From the NCBI GenBank assembly GCA_964016885.1, contig OZ024741.1, positions 281,914,001-281,978,000 of the forward strand: a DNA stretch of 64,000 nt, in the 5' to 3' direction. Below are positions 37,060 through 50,124 of this stretch, piece after piece. Made by a program: the position numbers and the translations under genes. A model generated the notes under the pieces. It was not told the origin of the DNA, ran no database searches, and worked only from the letters and a program-made list of their open reading frames with translations. This DNA comes from Eledone cirrhosa. Taxonomy: Eukaryota. The first letter of the stretch is position 1. Every line of letters starts with the position of its first letter.

Positions 37060-40000
37060 CAATCATAACTCAGAGGCTTTAATAAGTTCCCTAATAAATC
37101 AGTATAGCAAAGCTACCACCCCGGTTACTACTCCTTAAGTTTAGACCTGTTTGATGGGTTGACTGCGGAGATTTGGAAAGTCTAAGAATTCAATGACGAT
37201 GTCACAGATAAAGATAAATTCACCTCCTGCTGCAGGACAAGAATACAAAGACCCCTCTCTATTTCAGACACGAATGACCAACATAATTCCGTCTCCCACA
37301 TCCCTCCCTGCCCGTCTAACCCATCCATCCCACCCTCCCAACTTCAGAGTTGGTACCATGAATGTAGGCACATTGAAAGGTCGTGCAAATGAGGTTGTAG
37401 AGATGCTTCAACATAAAGAAGTTGATGTTTGTTGTATTCAAGAGACTAGGTGAAGCGGGGGGGGGGGGGGGGGGGGGTCGGGTCTGCCAGATTCATCGTG
37501 GGTAAAAAACGATGCTATAAACTGTTCTGGGTGGGAAATGACAACGGACTGGGTGGAGTAAGAATTATGTTAGCAGCAAAATGGGTAGATAAGGTAATCG
37601 ACGTAAATAGAGTAAATGACAGAATAATTAAAATAAGGTTAGTTCTAAATAAAACTACTGTGACAATAATATCCGCTTATGCACCCCAATCTGGTCTACT
37701 TGACATTATAAAGGACAGGTTCTATGAGACGCTAATTCACACTACCTCCCAAATAACCGACAGCAACTACCTAATTATTGCTAGTGATCTAAACGGCCAC
37801 GTTGGACAACATAGTGATGGCTATGATGGAATCCATGGAGGCTATGGGGTTGGAAATAGAAATGAGGAAGGCTTCAGAATCCTGGAATTCTGTGACGCCA
37901 ATAACCTAACTATCTGTAACATAAACTTCAAAAAATGTGAAAACCACTTGATCACCTATAGATCAGGGGAACACGCCAGCCAGATAGATTATATCCTTAC
38001 TAGAAAACGGGACAAAGTGTCTGTTGTAAGCACTAAATCCCTCCCCCGTGAAGAATGCACCTCCTAACATAGCCTAGTAGTTAGTGACCTCACAGTCAGG
38101 AATAGACGTATTCGACGACAGAGGAGGCCTATCTTGAGGAGAAGAATATGGAAGTTGAAGGACCCCATAGCCAGTGACACATTTAAAAGCTTATTACTTG
38201 ATGCCTTTGACAATAAGGAAGATCAATTACAGACATGCGATATAGAGGAACAGTGGCAATTCTAGAAAGTGAACTTGCTGAAAGCAACGGATGAAATCTG
38301 TGGCTGGAGCAGACCTATTGGTAGGAGGAGAGTAACTTGGTGGTGGAACAGTAAGGTGGAAGAGACAATCAAGGCCAAAAAGCAGGCTTGGAAAGTATGG
38401 CAGGATGGGGGAAGTAGAGAGCACTATCAAGTGGCCAGGAGAAAAGCTAGGAGACAAGTGTATCTTGCAAAAAGGGAAGCAGAGGAAAGAAAGTTCAAGC
38501 ATGTTCTACGTGAAAGTTCAAGCATGTTCAAAAACGCGAGGTGTTCAGGATTGCTAAACAATTAGTCAAGGAAAACCATGATATTGTCGGGGAGAAATGA
38601 TAACGGTGTACTTGCCCTCACTGATGCTGAAAAGAAGATAGCCTGGAAGTGTCACTATGAGAGACTATTAAATGAGGAGAATAAAAGGGAAAAAGATAGT
38701 TTGCCCCAAATCGATCCAATAGAAGGACCAGCGGTGCAAGTTAAAGATAGTATAATAAGTAAGGCAATCAAAGATATGAAGACAGGCAAGGCAGCTGGGC
38801 CTTCGGAGATAGTTGCTGAGATGTTGAAGGCATCTGGAATGGTGGGACATACTATGGTCACCCGTATAGTTAACCAAGTAATACAGAATGGGGTCATACC
38901 AAAAGACTGGCATAGCAGCATCATCATTAACTGCTACAAGGGTAAAGGAGATGCTCTAGATAGAGGAAACTATAGAGGCATTAAGTTAGTTGACCAGGTC
39001 ATGAAGGTCACAGAAAGAGTTATAGCGCAACTAATCAGAGAGCGAATTGATCTAGATGAAATGCAGTTTGGGTTTGTGTCAGGTAAAAGTACCACAGACG
39101 CTCTTTTCCTTGTACGACAAGAGAAGTACCTAGCTAAATGTAAACCCCTCTACTTAGCTTTTGTAGACCTGGAAAGAGCCTTTGACAGAGTACCCCGCTC
39201 CATTATCTGGTGGGCTCTTAGAAAACTAGGTGTAGATGAATGGCTTGTGAGAGCTATACAAGCTATGTATAATGAAACAGTCAGTAAGGTTAGAATTAAC
39301 AATGAATATTGTGAAGAATTTAGTGTAAAAGTTGGTGTTCACCAAGGCTCTGTCCTTAGCCCTCTCCTATTTATTATTGCCCTTCAGGCTATAACAGAGG
39401 AGTTCAAGACCGGCTGCCCATGGGAACTCCTATACGCAGATGATCTAACGCTCATAGCTGAATCAATGGCTGAACTAGAAAAGAAATTCCAAACATGGAA
39501 GCATGGCCTAGAATCAAAAGGCCTTAAAGTTAACTTGTCTAAGACTAAAGTCCTAGTTTGTAGAAAGGAAAATAAGGCACAGGTACCCTCAGGGAAATGA
39601 CCTTGCTCAGTGTGTAGGAAAGGAGTAGGCAGAAATTCAATTTTATGTCCCAAATGCAAAGTATGGGTACATAAAAGATGTAGTGGGATCACAAGTAAAC
39701 TATCTAAGAACGTAGACTTTATATGTGGCCGATGCTCAGGTGCAATAGGTAGCAAGTGTCCACAAGATACTAGCCCCTTCTATTGCCCAGATGGTTCTAT
39801 AGAAATAGTAGACACTTTCCGTTACCTGGGTGACGAAATCAGCAGTGGTGGAGGGTGTTCTGAAAGTACAGTAGCCAGAGTCAGAACGGGATGGAAAAAG
39901 TTCAGAGAGCTTATACCGCTGTTGGCCACAAAAGGTTTCTCTCTAAAAATGAAAGGCAGATTGTATGATGCCTGTATACGAACAGCAATGCTACATGACA

Positions 40001-40808
40001 GTGAGACATGGGCATTACGTGCAGAGGATCTGCGTAGACTGGAAAGGAACCAAGCATGCATGCTCCGTTGGATGTGTAATAGTAATATATGTGAACGGCA
40101 AAGCATAAATGAACTAAGTGAGAAATTAGGAATAAGAGGGATCAGATGCTGTTTACTCGAGAGAAGACTACGTTGGTATGGCCACGTGATACGCATGAAA
40201 GACGACAGCTGTATAAAAAAGTGCTGGGCGATCAAAATTGATGGTAGTTACGGAGTAGGTAGACCCAGAAAAACCTGGGACGATCTGATAAATTCCGACC
40301 TTACACACTTGCACCTCTCTAAGACAATGTCACTGGACCGAGATCTTTGGTGCTACGCAGTAATACAGAAGACCCGCCTTGCCTATGTACAAAGCAAAAC
40401 CTACAGTCAGTAGGCACCTCTAACAAAATATACACCACAATCCACTACCCCTGCCCTATCCTTCCACTCCCACCAACACCACCCTCTCTCTATAAAGTTG
40501 GTACCACAACATCCAGTCCAAATAAATGAGATAATGAGATCGAGATCAAGATCGTGTAGGTGTCATGAGAAAAAACACACAGTCCACACTGTAATGTGGC
40601 TGTGTAGGTAACACGGTAAAAAGTTCCCAGTTCCACACTGTAAATGTGGTTGGTGTTAGGAAGGGCATCCAGCCATAGAAAACCTGCCAGATAGTCCTAT
40701 ATGAGCGAGAGATGGTCACCCGACCAACCTTACCTCAAATGGGACAACTCCTGTCTAACTCATGCTAGCGTGGAAAATGGACGTTACATGAAGATGATGA
40801 TGATGATA
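37060..40808 (+). mobile_element. Near full-length RTE LINE with EN-RT ORF broken by stops and frameshifts
   Basis: EN: RVGTMNVGTL, CCIQETR, ISAYAPQ, SDLNGHVG, QIDYIL. RT: 38578-39600 and 39610-40413. 3' UTR and (GAT)n tail at ~40793-40808. Confidence 0.95.
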
Positions 40809-40834
40809 TATAAAGGGAAAAGGTAAAAACCCTT

Positions 40835-41150
40835 TCGGTCACAAATGACCATGGGATTTGTGTCTAGAAAGTTCTCTTTCATGCCACAAGTCCAGGCAAG
40901 GATTTTTGTGGAAGACCAGCAATCGCCCATGCATACCAGTCTCCCCTCTCCACACCATTGATGTTGTCCAAGGGAAAAGCAATGGCCGATAACACTGATG
41001 TTCAACTCATTTCTACAGCTGAGTAAACTTGAGCAACATGAAATGAAGTGTCTTGCTGAAGGACACAATGCATCATCCGGTCTGAGAATCAAACTCACAA
41101 CCTTGTGATTGCAAGCCCAACACTCTAACCACTAAGCCATACACCTTCAC
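40835..41150 (-). mobile_element. tRNA-derived SINE (family B); relatives at ~53400-53645 and ~62100-62340
   Basis: Minus strand TGGCTTAGTGGTTAGAG..GAGTTTGATTCTC..TGTGTCCTTCAGCAAGACACTT. Confidence 0.75.
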
Positions 41151-41517
41151 ATATATATATATGGCCAGAGGAAGGCAGAGCTTGGATGAGCTAAGGAGGG
41201 AACTGGGTTTAAGAGGAATCCAAGGTGGTGTGCAGGAGAGGAGACTGCATTGGTACAGACATGTGATGCATAAGGATGATGATCGCTAGGGGAAGGAGTG
41301 TCAGGAAATCCCAGTGGAGGGAAGCTGAAGTAGAGGTAGACAAAGGAAGACCTGGTCAGAGGAGGTGACAACTTATCTCAAATCACTGAAACTCACAGAG
41401 GATTTGACAAAGGAATACGGTAAGTGGAGAGATGCTAAAAAGGAACCATTCAAGTCATGCAAGCATGGGTAAACAGATGTAAAAACATTGATGATGATGA
41501 CAATGATGATGATGGTT

Positions 41518-41549
<32 letters not shown>

Positions 41550-41860
41550 ATATATGTAAACTGGTTGGTGTTGGGAAGGGTATCCAACAATAAAAAGCTT
41601 GCCAGACAAAGGGTTGAGAGGACCTAACAGCTTGTGTCAAAGACATAACAACCTCTCCTCTGCATCTTGCTTACATACGTATCACCGTATGTAAGCAAGA
41701 TGCAGACCCCTTGGCTTCTCGGGGGGGGTCAGTAGTCCCACTTCTGTACTGACTTGGTCTATGTAGCTCCATCCAACACTTGCTAGCAGGGAAAGTGGAT
41801 GTTAAACAATGATGATGATGATGATAATGAAGAGGAGGTGGAGCAGGATGTATCTATCTA

Positions 41861-41920
<60 letters not shown>

Positions 41921-42399
41921 TATATATATAAATGCATGGACGTTAAACGAAGATGATGATGATGATTCACACATGTGCACACACACACACACATACACAC
42001 ATATGTGCTGGTAAATGGAAATAAAACTTTAAAGAGAGACAAAATACAATTTCATGAATTTTAAATGGCAACAGATTGGAGTTTTGGAAGATAACCACAG
42101 TTGGTTTATTATATCATTTCAGTGTGCTTATAACTGATGTTAGCAGGGAAAAAGTTAGATATATAGGTAGGTAGTTAGATAGACAGACAGAAAGATAGAT
42201 AGATAGATAGTTATCTTTCTTTATTTGCCACAAGGGTGTATAAGAAATGGGACATTACAAGGCGTGATGGCGAGGGTTTTACATAAAATTGTGTAAAATT
42301 TAACATCAATAAATTAAAATAAACTATATATTAGAGGGATAATTAGATAGATTGGGGATAGTTAAATAGATAGATAAATAGATAGATAGATAGATAGAT

Positions 42400-45300
42400 A
42401 CATTTCTTTGTTAACCACAAGGGCACAAAAGAAGGGGACAAATACAAATGGGGAGTTTACATACAGGTATATGAAAATAAAACTATTAATAAAATAACAA
42501 ATAGCAATTGAAATCCCCAATAGGGGGGAGGCGTTACACAGGGGTTGTACACACCCCCAAAACATGTACAACCCTCATCTCCAGGAACACCAAGAGTGAG
42601 TACTCCCTTCTTCTCTTCCTCTTTTTCTTCAACCTACAGGCTTACATAGAGAGAAGGCCCAATCACTCGGGCCATCTTTGCCACATTCACCCACCTTTTT
42701 TAAAATTTGCTGGGGTACAGCCCCTCTCTCTCCATCCTAATTCTTCTTCCAAAATGATATTTGAAAAAAACGAATCAGTTGTTCGCCAGAGAGAAAGGTG
42801 TCTGACCTAAGCCCTTTTAACCTCGTCCACCATATAACCTCTTTCACCATAGCCATAACACATAGGAAAACCGCCTCTCCCTCATTTTTGAAGGAGGGTG
42901 GCGGTTTGATCATGACAATGGACTCGGTGGTCAACTGGATTGGTCCCACCTGCGACAATAGTCGTTCTACATAGCCCCACAGGTCGGTAATGCCCGGGCA
43001 GTGTACAAATGTGTGCGCGACGGTTTCCTCGTCATGCACGCATCTCGGACAGATCTTTTTCGAAGGGTCCCTGCCCGGGCACCCATGTCTGTAGAGCTTG
43101 TCTCGAACTGGTAGAGCTCCTCGGTAGCACTGCCAGGCTAGGGACTTTTGGAAGTTGTCCATTGGTCCCAGGTGGAAGGTCCTACCGAACGGACTGGCCA
43201 GTTCGTCTTCCTCTACGCCTAGAGTTTCTCCGAGCGTGTCGTCGCACTTGCTGCAGACCAACCCTCTATAGAATGTCGAAGTGGAGTCTCCACTGATTGC
43301 CGGGTCCGTTTGCCAGAGGACTGTGAGCGCCTGAGCACATTCGATGTGCCAGTCGCCTATTTTCCTCAGTCTTTGCTTGACCCAGGACTGCACCTCGGTC
43401 AGTGAGACGAGTCGTGGGAGGCTCGCCTCACGAACGGGGCCCACACCAGTTGTCAAGTAAGGAATACGTGGAGGTGCCGCAGCCTGAGCGCGTGTTTGTG
43501 CATCGTCAGCCACGGCACCCAGCCCTCCGTTTGAAGGGTGTTGGCAGCAGATGGATCTTCTCACCAAAGGAGCCCATTTCTTCCAAAGGAATTGGAAGAG
43601 CGCGCGCTCCATTTTGGTGAGCGTTTTGGCTGGACAAGGCACGATAGTCAAGCGGTAGTAGATGACGGACGCTATAAAAGTGTTCGCCACCTCCGCTTGA
43701 CCTTTCAAGGATAGTTTGCACTCGGCCCACTTCTGGGTGAGCGCAAACACCTTGATCGTCACCTCGTTCCAGTTCTTCTTCACCTGGAGGGCCGGACCAA
43801 ACCAGACCCCGAGCAGCTTTACCGGTCCTTCCGTCCAGTGTCCAACGACGCCATCGGAAAGCATCGGTTTGCTTCTCCACGTTCCGAGTTGCAAACCGAT
43901 GGATTTGTCCCAGTTCAGCTTCGCTCCTGTGAACCTTTCATATTCCTCCAGTAAGGTGCCGACCTCCCCGATTTGCGAGGTACTTGACACCATTACTGTC
44001 ACATCGTTGGCATAGGCCGAAGCCGCTATTCGCAGTCCCGGTTCCAAAGGGATGCCCTACAATAGCTCCAACTTCCGCAGTAGTGGCTCGAGAGTCAGTA
44101 CGTACAGAAGGGAGGAGAGAGGGCATCCCTGTCAGATGGATCGCGTGATATGGAACGGCTCCGAGAGGTAGCTGTTCACCTTGACCCTTCAGCAGATGTT
44201 GCTGCTGTGCATTGCAGCAATCCAGCCCCTGAACACGGGTCTGAAGCTTGCCGCCTCGAGCACCGCATCCAGGTAATGATGGTCAACCCTATCGAAAGCC
44301 TAGACTGATCCAAGTTGATCAGGGCCCCACTGAAGCCGGGTTTACACCCTACCCTCTCTATGATGTATCGCATGAGGTGGAGGTTGTCGTGTATGGACCA
44401 GGTTTTCGACGACAAGCGCCAGCCTCTTTGCCAACACCTTGGCCAAAATCTGTAACTCTGTGTTTAGCAGAGTTATGGGCCGGAAGTTGCCTATGTCATC
44501 CCCCTTATTCTCGTCCTTCCTGACTAACATGACTACACCCTTGGTCACAGAACTGGGAATTCTCCCGTTCTGCTGCCAGTTGCAGTAGACCGCTTCCAGG
44601 AGACCGGAGAACAAGTCCGGCATTGCTACGTAAAATTCGTAGGGTAGACCGTCGAAATATGGACCGAAATCCATAGCCCCTCCCGGCATGCCGCCCTGCC
44701 CGAACAGTTTAGCAAAGTACCGCTGAAAGGCCGCGCACATCTGCTTCGGTTCACGTATCACGCGTCGTCTTGTTCCTTCAAAGACCGAATCATGGACTTG
44801 TTGCCACTTTTCGCCTCCATCACTCAGGCCCAGCTAACAGCTTTGGCTCCCTCGTTTCCCAGAGCACGTATTTTGCTTCTGACAACGCAGCCTTCATGCT
44901 TTGCATCGAAGAACTGGTCCAAGACCGTTCTCATCGCTAGCACACTGGCTACGATGCCACTCCTAAGTGCCTCTTCTACTTTATCTACCAGTTCCTTTTC
45001 GGTCTTATTTCTATCTAACACTAATTCTTTACTAAAACCTATCGAGTCTAATCTAACTGCCCTCTTGAGAGAGTACCACCATCTGTTGTTGACATTAGCC
45101 CCCGTCAAATGCTGCTTAACTAAAGTGCTAATCCGTCTACTGTAGGCTTTGCATGTCGGTAACGACAAGTTCAGCTTCCAGTAGCTGGGTCCCTGTCTAT
45201 GGGTTTTGTCAAGGTTGACTAAGCAGGTCACTAATTTGTGATCTGAATAGGCAACCATGAACATTTGTGGACAGCTTAACATGTCCCTATCCTTCTTTCT

Positions 45301-47955
45301 AACTAGAACCCTATCTAGGTACGATCTAGATGTTCCGCTATGATTAGTCCACGTCCACAGTGGCACAGTCGGAAAATCTAGTCGATATCTATCGGCCAGG
45401 TCAAATCGGCCGATTAACTGTTTGAGGCTGTTACCCCCCATGCTCCCACATAGTCCCAACGTGCATCTAGGATTCCATTCCAGTCCCCCACTAACAACAG
45501 GGAGCGGGACGTTCTCAGAAAAGTCTCTAGACGTTTGAAGAAGTCTGGCCGCGGTGTCCCGGATGGGGCATATGCGGCCACCAGCCTGAAGGCTCCACCT
45601 TCACTACCGTCAACATCTAGGACCACCAGTCGACCTTCCGGGTCCAGATGTACCATCTGTGTTACAAGGTCCAGGTGTTTCCGCAGCAAAACGGCAACCC
45701 CACCCCCACCCGGCTGACAGAGAGATGCGCAGATCTTAAAGTCGTCGAAGATGGGGGCCAGTTGTCGCTCACTGTGGATCCTGGACTCGCAAATGGCTAC
45801 TACATCCATACTGTGCGACCTGAGGTCGTTTAAGAGTTTGCTCTATTTCCAGGGCATCCCCAGGCCGCGTACATTCACACATCCAACTCTTATATTGGTC
45901 ATGTTGGTGCTGAAAAGTTAAAAGAAGAGGAAAAGAAATTACTCACCTCTTCGTCTCCTGGGTACCAGGCTGCACAATTTCCATGGGGGTGTTGGAGGGG
46001 TTGTTTGGTGGGGTGGGGATGGAGGTGTTTGGTGGGGTGGGGATGGAGGTGTTTGGGGGGAGGGGGTGACAGGTGGGGTGGTGGTGTCTGGGGTGGGAGT
46101 GTCTGGGAGGGGGGAGGGGGAAGAGGGAGAAAAACATTTCAAAAGGACGCGGTTATAGGGTTTGACGCAGGGGTTACCTACGTCATTAGGAAATTTTTCT
46201 TTTAATTGTTTATGTGTGTCCATGGAGATCCTAATCATTTTAAGATTAGGATTCTCCGAAGAGTGTGTAAATGTTTTCCCTTCGGTCTCCACCGAAGGGT
46301 TTTTATATATGGTGTCTGCTAAAGTTTTATTGTTAGTATTTATGTAGGTGTAACATTTTTGTTGTGTTGCTTTATTTCTGTGGTTCTTGTGTGTGTTTAC
46401 GTTTTGTAGTAGGTGTTTTGTTTTCAGGAGGGGGTGTTTTTGTTTGTACTGTTTGCGTCGCTTGTGTTGGTGTTTGTGTGTTTGTTGCATTTTTGTTTGT
46501 GTTATGTCTTTTATTTTTTATTTTAGTGGTCGGAAAGGCTCTCCCTCATCGTCACTGGGTGACGATGATGAGGCCTCATCCGTGTTGTTGGGGAGGGGTA
46601 CATTTTGGGGAGCTGTTATGTGTATGGGTGTTTCTGGAGTTGTTTTAGGTGGGGAGGGGTTGGGTGGGACTGTGTTTGTCGTTTGTTTTGTTGTCACTAT
46701 TTTTGTTGTTGTTGTTGTTGTTGTTGTGCTCGTGTTGCAGGTGTTGGCAGTAATGCCTTTTTTTGGCTAATTAGCTGAGGACAGGAAGCTCTCAGGTGAC
46801 CCCTGCTTAGGCAGTGGTAACATGAGAGCTGCCTACTCTCGACCGAAATGTTTATGTATTTAAGCCCATCCAGCAGCACACGTTCCGGGATCCTAGCTAT
46901 TCATTCTGGTGTCATTTGGATCAGAATTTCCAGGCTAGTTCCACTGAACAGGTCGCTGAAGGACTTACCTACCAATATTATTGAGTCTTTTTTGAGGTTT
47001 AAAAATCCACATAGTACCCACCAAATATCAATATTTGGTGTGATACTTTGGATTTTTATTTTCTGTGTTCTTTTCCCCATGTAAGTGAGGAAAAAGGTGA
47101 ACAACAGTGACACAATTGGCGACACAGAATATTTCTGTGCCGTCAGTTGGTCTTTCATCAGAATGGATAAACTCCGGTAGAGTCTACCCTTCTGAATGAA
47201 AGCCATGTCTTTTAAGGTATCTTCTAAAACCAACTCAATTTCGCCTTGTGAAAGTTGAGTCAGTTTTCGGGTTTTGTTTAAGACTGTCCTGAAAACCACA
47301 GTTTTCAAAGCAGCTTCTCTTTGCAAATCTGGGGGAGAGTTTATGGAGAATAATCCGTTCTCCCCAAAAGTTATGTACTGTCTGGCGTTATTCAAAAGCT
47401 CATTTGTATTTGAAATATCTACCGGAGTGTAGCTTACCGTTTTCTTTACGGTTTGCGCAAACAATATTTTGTCGTTTACTTCCTTGTTGCAGTTATTGGT
47501 CTTGTTGTTGTTGTTATTGTTCTTGTTGTTGGTGTTGTTTTCGTTCATAGCATTGTTGTTGTTGTTGCTGGTGCCACTGGTTGTGTTGTTTTTATTCATT
47601 GTTTCACACTTTTGGTTTTGGTTTGTTGCCATGGCAACGTCAAGTTGTCGGTCAGCAGGTGGAGAAAATCCCTCCTCTTGCTGACCTTTGTCTTTGACAT
47701 CTGCTATTATGACAGTGGTAGGGGGAAGCTGTAAGTATATCTTCCCCTTTCCTCCTTCAAATGTTGGTGAAGAAGCTTTAGTCATTTTTAAAAAATGTTA
47801 GTTTTTCAAAAATATTTTTGAGAGACTGACCAGATCAAAATTTGACCTGGCAGTCCCTCTACAAATTGGTATAAAAATGAAGGTTGACAGTTAAGAGTTT
47901 CTATAGAAATTTAGGCAGAACTTACCCAGCAAGTTTCACATGTGTGTCCATCCCA
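42400..47955 (-). mobile_element. Full-length L1/Tx1-clade LINE, decayed, flanked by (GATA)n
   Basis: ORF1 from 47785 with knuckle CYHCLSRGHLRASC. ORF2 from 45902: MTNIRVGCVNVRGL, YAPSG, GDWN, SYLDR, YSDHK, NFRPITLLN, YANDVT, CPRC..ETVAHTFVHC. Confidence 0.93.
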
Positions 47956-47969
47956 GATAGATAGATAGA

Positions 47970-48360
47970 TATGTTTCTTTATTAGCCACAGGGACACAAA
48001 AGAAGGACAATTACAAAGGGGGGAGTTTACATACAATAAAAACGTGTAAAATGTTATCACAATTGTAAATTAAAAGTTAATCGATTTTCCCCAATAGGGG
48101 GAGACAGTTCATATGGGTAGCACATACCCCCCCCCCCCCTAAAAAAAAATGAGCCAACCTCATCTCTAGGAGTACGAAGAGTTTGTACCCCTTTCCTTTC
48201 TTCCTCTTTTTCCTCAGCCTACAGGCTGATATAGAGAGAAGGCCCATTCACTCAGGCTATTCTCGCCACTTTCACCCACCTTTCATAAAACTTGCTGGGG
48301 TACAGCACCTCTCTCTCCATCCTGACTCTTATTCCAAAGTGGTATTTGAAAAAAAGAATC
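47970..48360 (-). mobile_element. 5'-truncated 3'-end copy of the same Tx1 family; a shorter one lies at ~42211-42345
   Basis: Homologous to 42400-42778 and bounded by (GATA)n on both sides. Confidence 0.85.
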
Positions 48361-48366
48361 AGATAG

Positions 48367-48397
<31 letters not shown>

Positions 48398-48749
48398 TGG
48401 TTAGATAGATAGAGGAGTTGTTAAATAGATAGAGAGGGGTAGGGGCGGGGGAGGGGGGGATTAGCTGTAGTGATCATACTAAATTGGTGTCTTCTAGAAA
48501 AGAATTTAGGAACATGCGGTTATTTCAGAGAGCTTTGCCTGCTGTAATAAAATGGAGGTGATAGCAGAGGCCTGACTATAAACACCTCAGATAAACAAAT
48601 CATTATTGTGTGAACCCACTATATAAAGAAGCTTTTATGTTTGTTTTTAATGTTTTTCTTCTGTTTTTTTTTTGCTTTGTCTTCACATCTTTCATTAATG
48701 TGAGAAGAGGCCAAAATCTGATGTATTACAATAAGCTAATGTATGGGCA

Positions 48750-48915
48750 GAGGGATAGCTGTCTGGTTAAGATGTTCACTTCACAACTGTGTGGTTCTGG
48801 GTTCAATCCCACTGTGCAGCATGTTGAAAAGTGTGTTCTACAATAGCCTTATGTTGATCAATGGCTTGCTGAGTGAAATTTGGTAGACAGAAACAATGTA
48901 GACTCCTATTGTATG
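48750..48915 (+). mobile_element. Decayed tRNA-derived SINE (family C)
   Basis: TAGCTGTCTGGTTAAG..GGTTCAATCCC..GAGTGAAATTTGGTAGACAGAAAC. Confidence 0.55.
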
Positions 48916-49068
48916 TGTAGATATTAAAATTAAGCCTCTTCGCATAATTTTTAGTCCCCTTTTTTTTAAATCAGAAATACAATGAATTAATTCAACACTC
49001 AATCAATGTATACAGGTAAACATTTTATACAGATTATGTTAACACATGTGTATCCTCTTAGACACCAT

Positions 49069-49246
49069 TGTGGATTGGCAGTATCGGTAGAGGGTCAGAT
49101 GCAGCAAAGAGTTACGGCCCTTTATGGTCTGAGTTCAAATCCCGCCAAGGTTAACTTTGCCTTTCATCCTTACGGGGTCGATAAAATAAAGTACCAGTAA
49201 TACACTTGGATAATTGGTGGCCTTGTGCCAAAAGTAGAAACAATTA
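49069..49246 (+). mobile_element. Family A SINE
   Basis: Match to the consensus. Confidence 0.9.
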
Positions 49247-50124
49247 TATATATATATATATAATTGTTTCCACTTTATATATATATATATATATGTATAT
49301 ACATATATACATATATACATATATATATATTTAGGGAATGTAACATCCAGTTACTGTGGGTTCACCAGAGTGAGCACTTGATGCGTAGTTTCAAGTAAAG
49401 AGGTGTAATGCTAAGCAAAGTGTAATAATAATAATAAAAAGGACGATTTATTATGTCTTCATTAGGTTTATTGAGTAGTGATGCATATTTCACTATTGAT
49501 CATTTCAAAGTTCGATCTGTATCGATCTGGCCCGACTCTGGAATCAAAAGCCCATTGGATTTCTGTTGTGGTAATGACAGAATTCTGTCATAACCACAAC
49601 AGAAGAAATGTGCGTCACTACTCAAACATAATGGAGATATAAGAAATCATCCTTTTTATTATTATGATTATTATTAACCCTTTGGTCGGTTTTCTGCTAG
49701 TATATATAGTGTGTATATTGATATACACAAATATATATGCACATAGATGTAATACGTAAATTGACAATATGCACATAAACTGAACAAAGACTGTGTTACA
49801 CTTACTTGTGTAATCAGTAAAGTAATCCATGATACATTTTTTAAAAAGGCGATAATGGAGATGGAAAAGCGATGAAACTGTTGACGGAAAATGTTCATGA
49901 ATCTTCACTTGAGAATGTCGATGGGAAGCTTCAAGCAGTGAATTTGAAAATAGATGCTGCTGGTATGAATGAATGAATTACATTTACCAATATGAAGAGT
50001 TGACATTCGCTATATTGTTGTTTTACTCTATTCACATGTAGACTTCTTAAGTTTTTGTAGTGTCCCTTCTAACAGTTAAAAAGTAACTGAAATGCATTTC
50101 AACTAAAAGAGAGTAATAGCTGTC

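Noticed and set aside
37050-37195. HDV-like ribozyme expected in an RTE 5' UTR
   Set aside because: I could not identify the nested double pseudoknot by eye; it needs a descriptor search.
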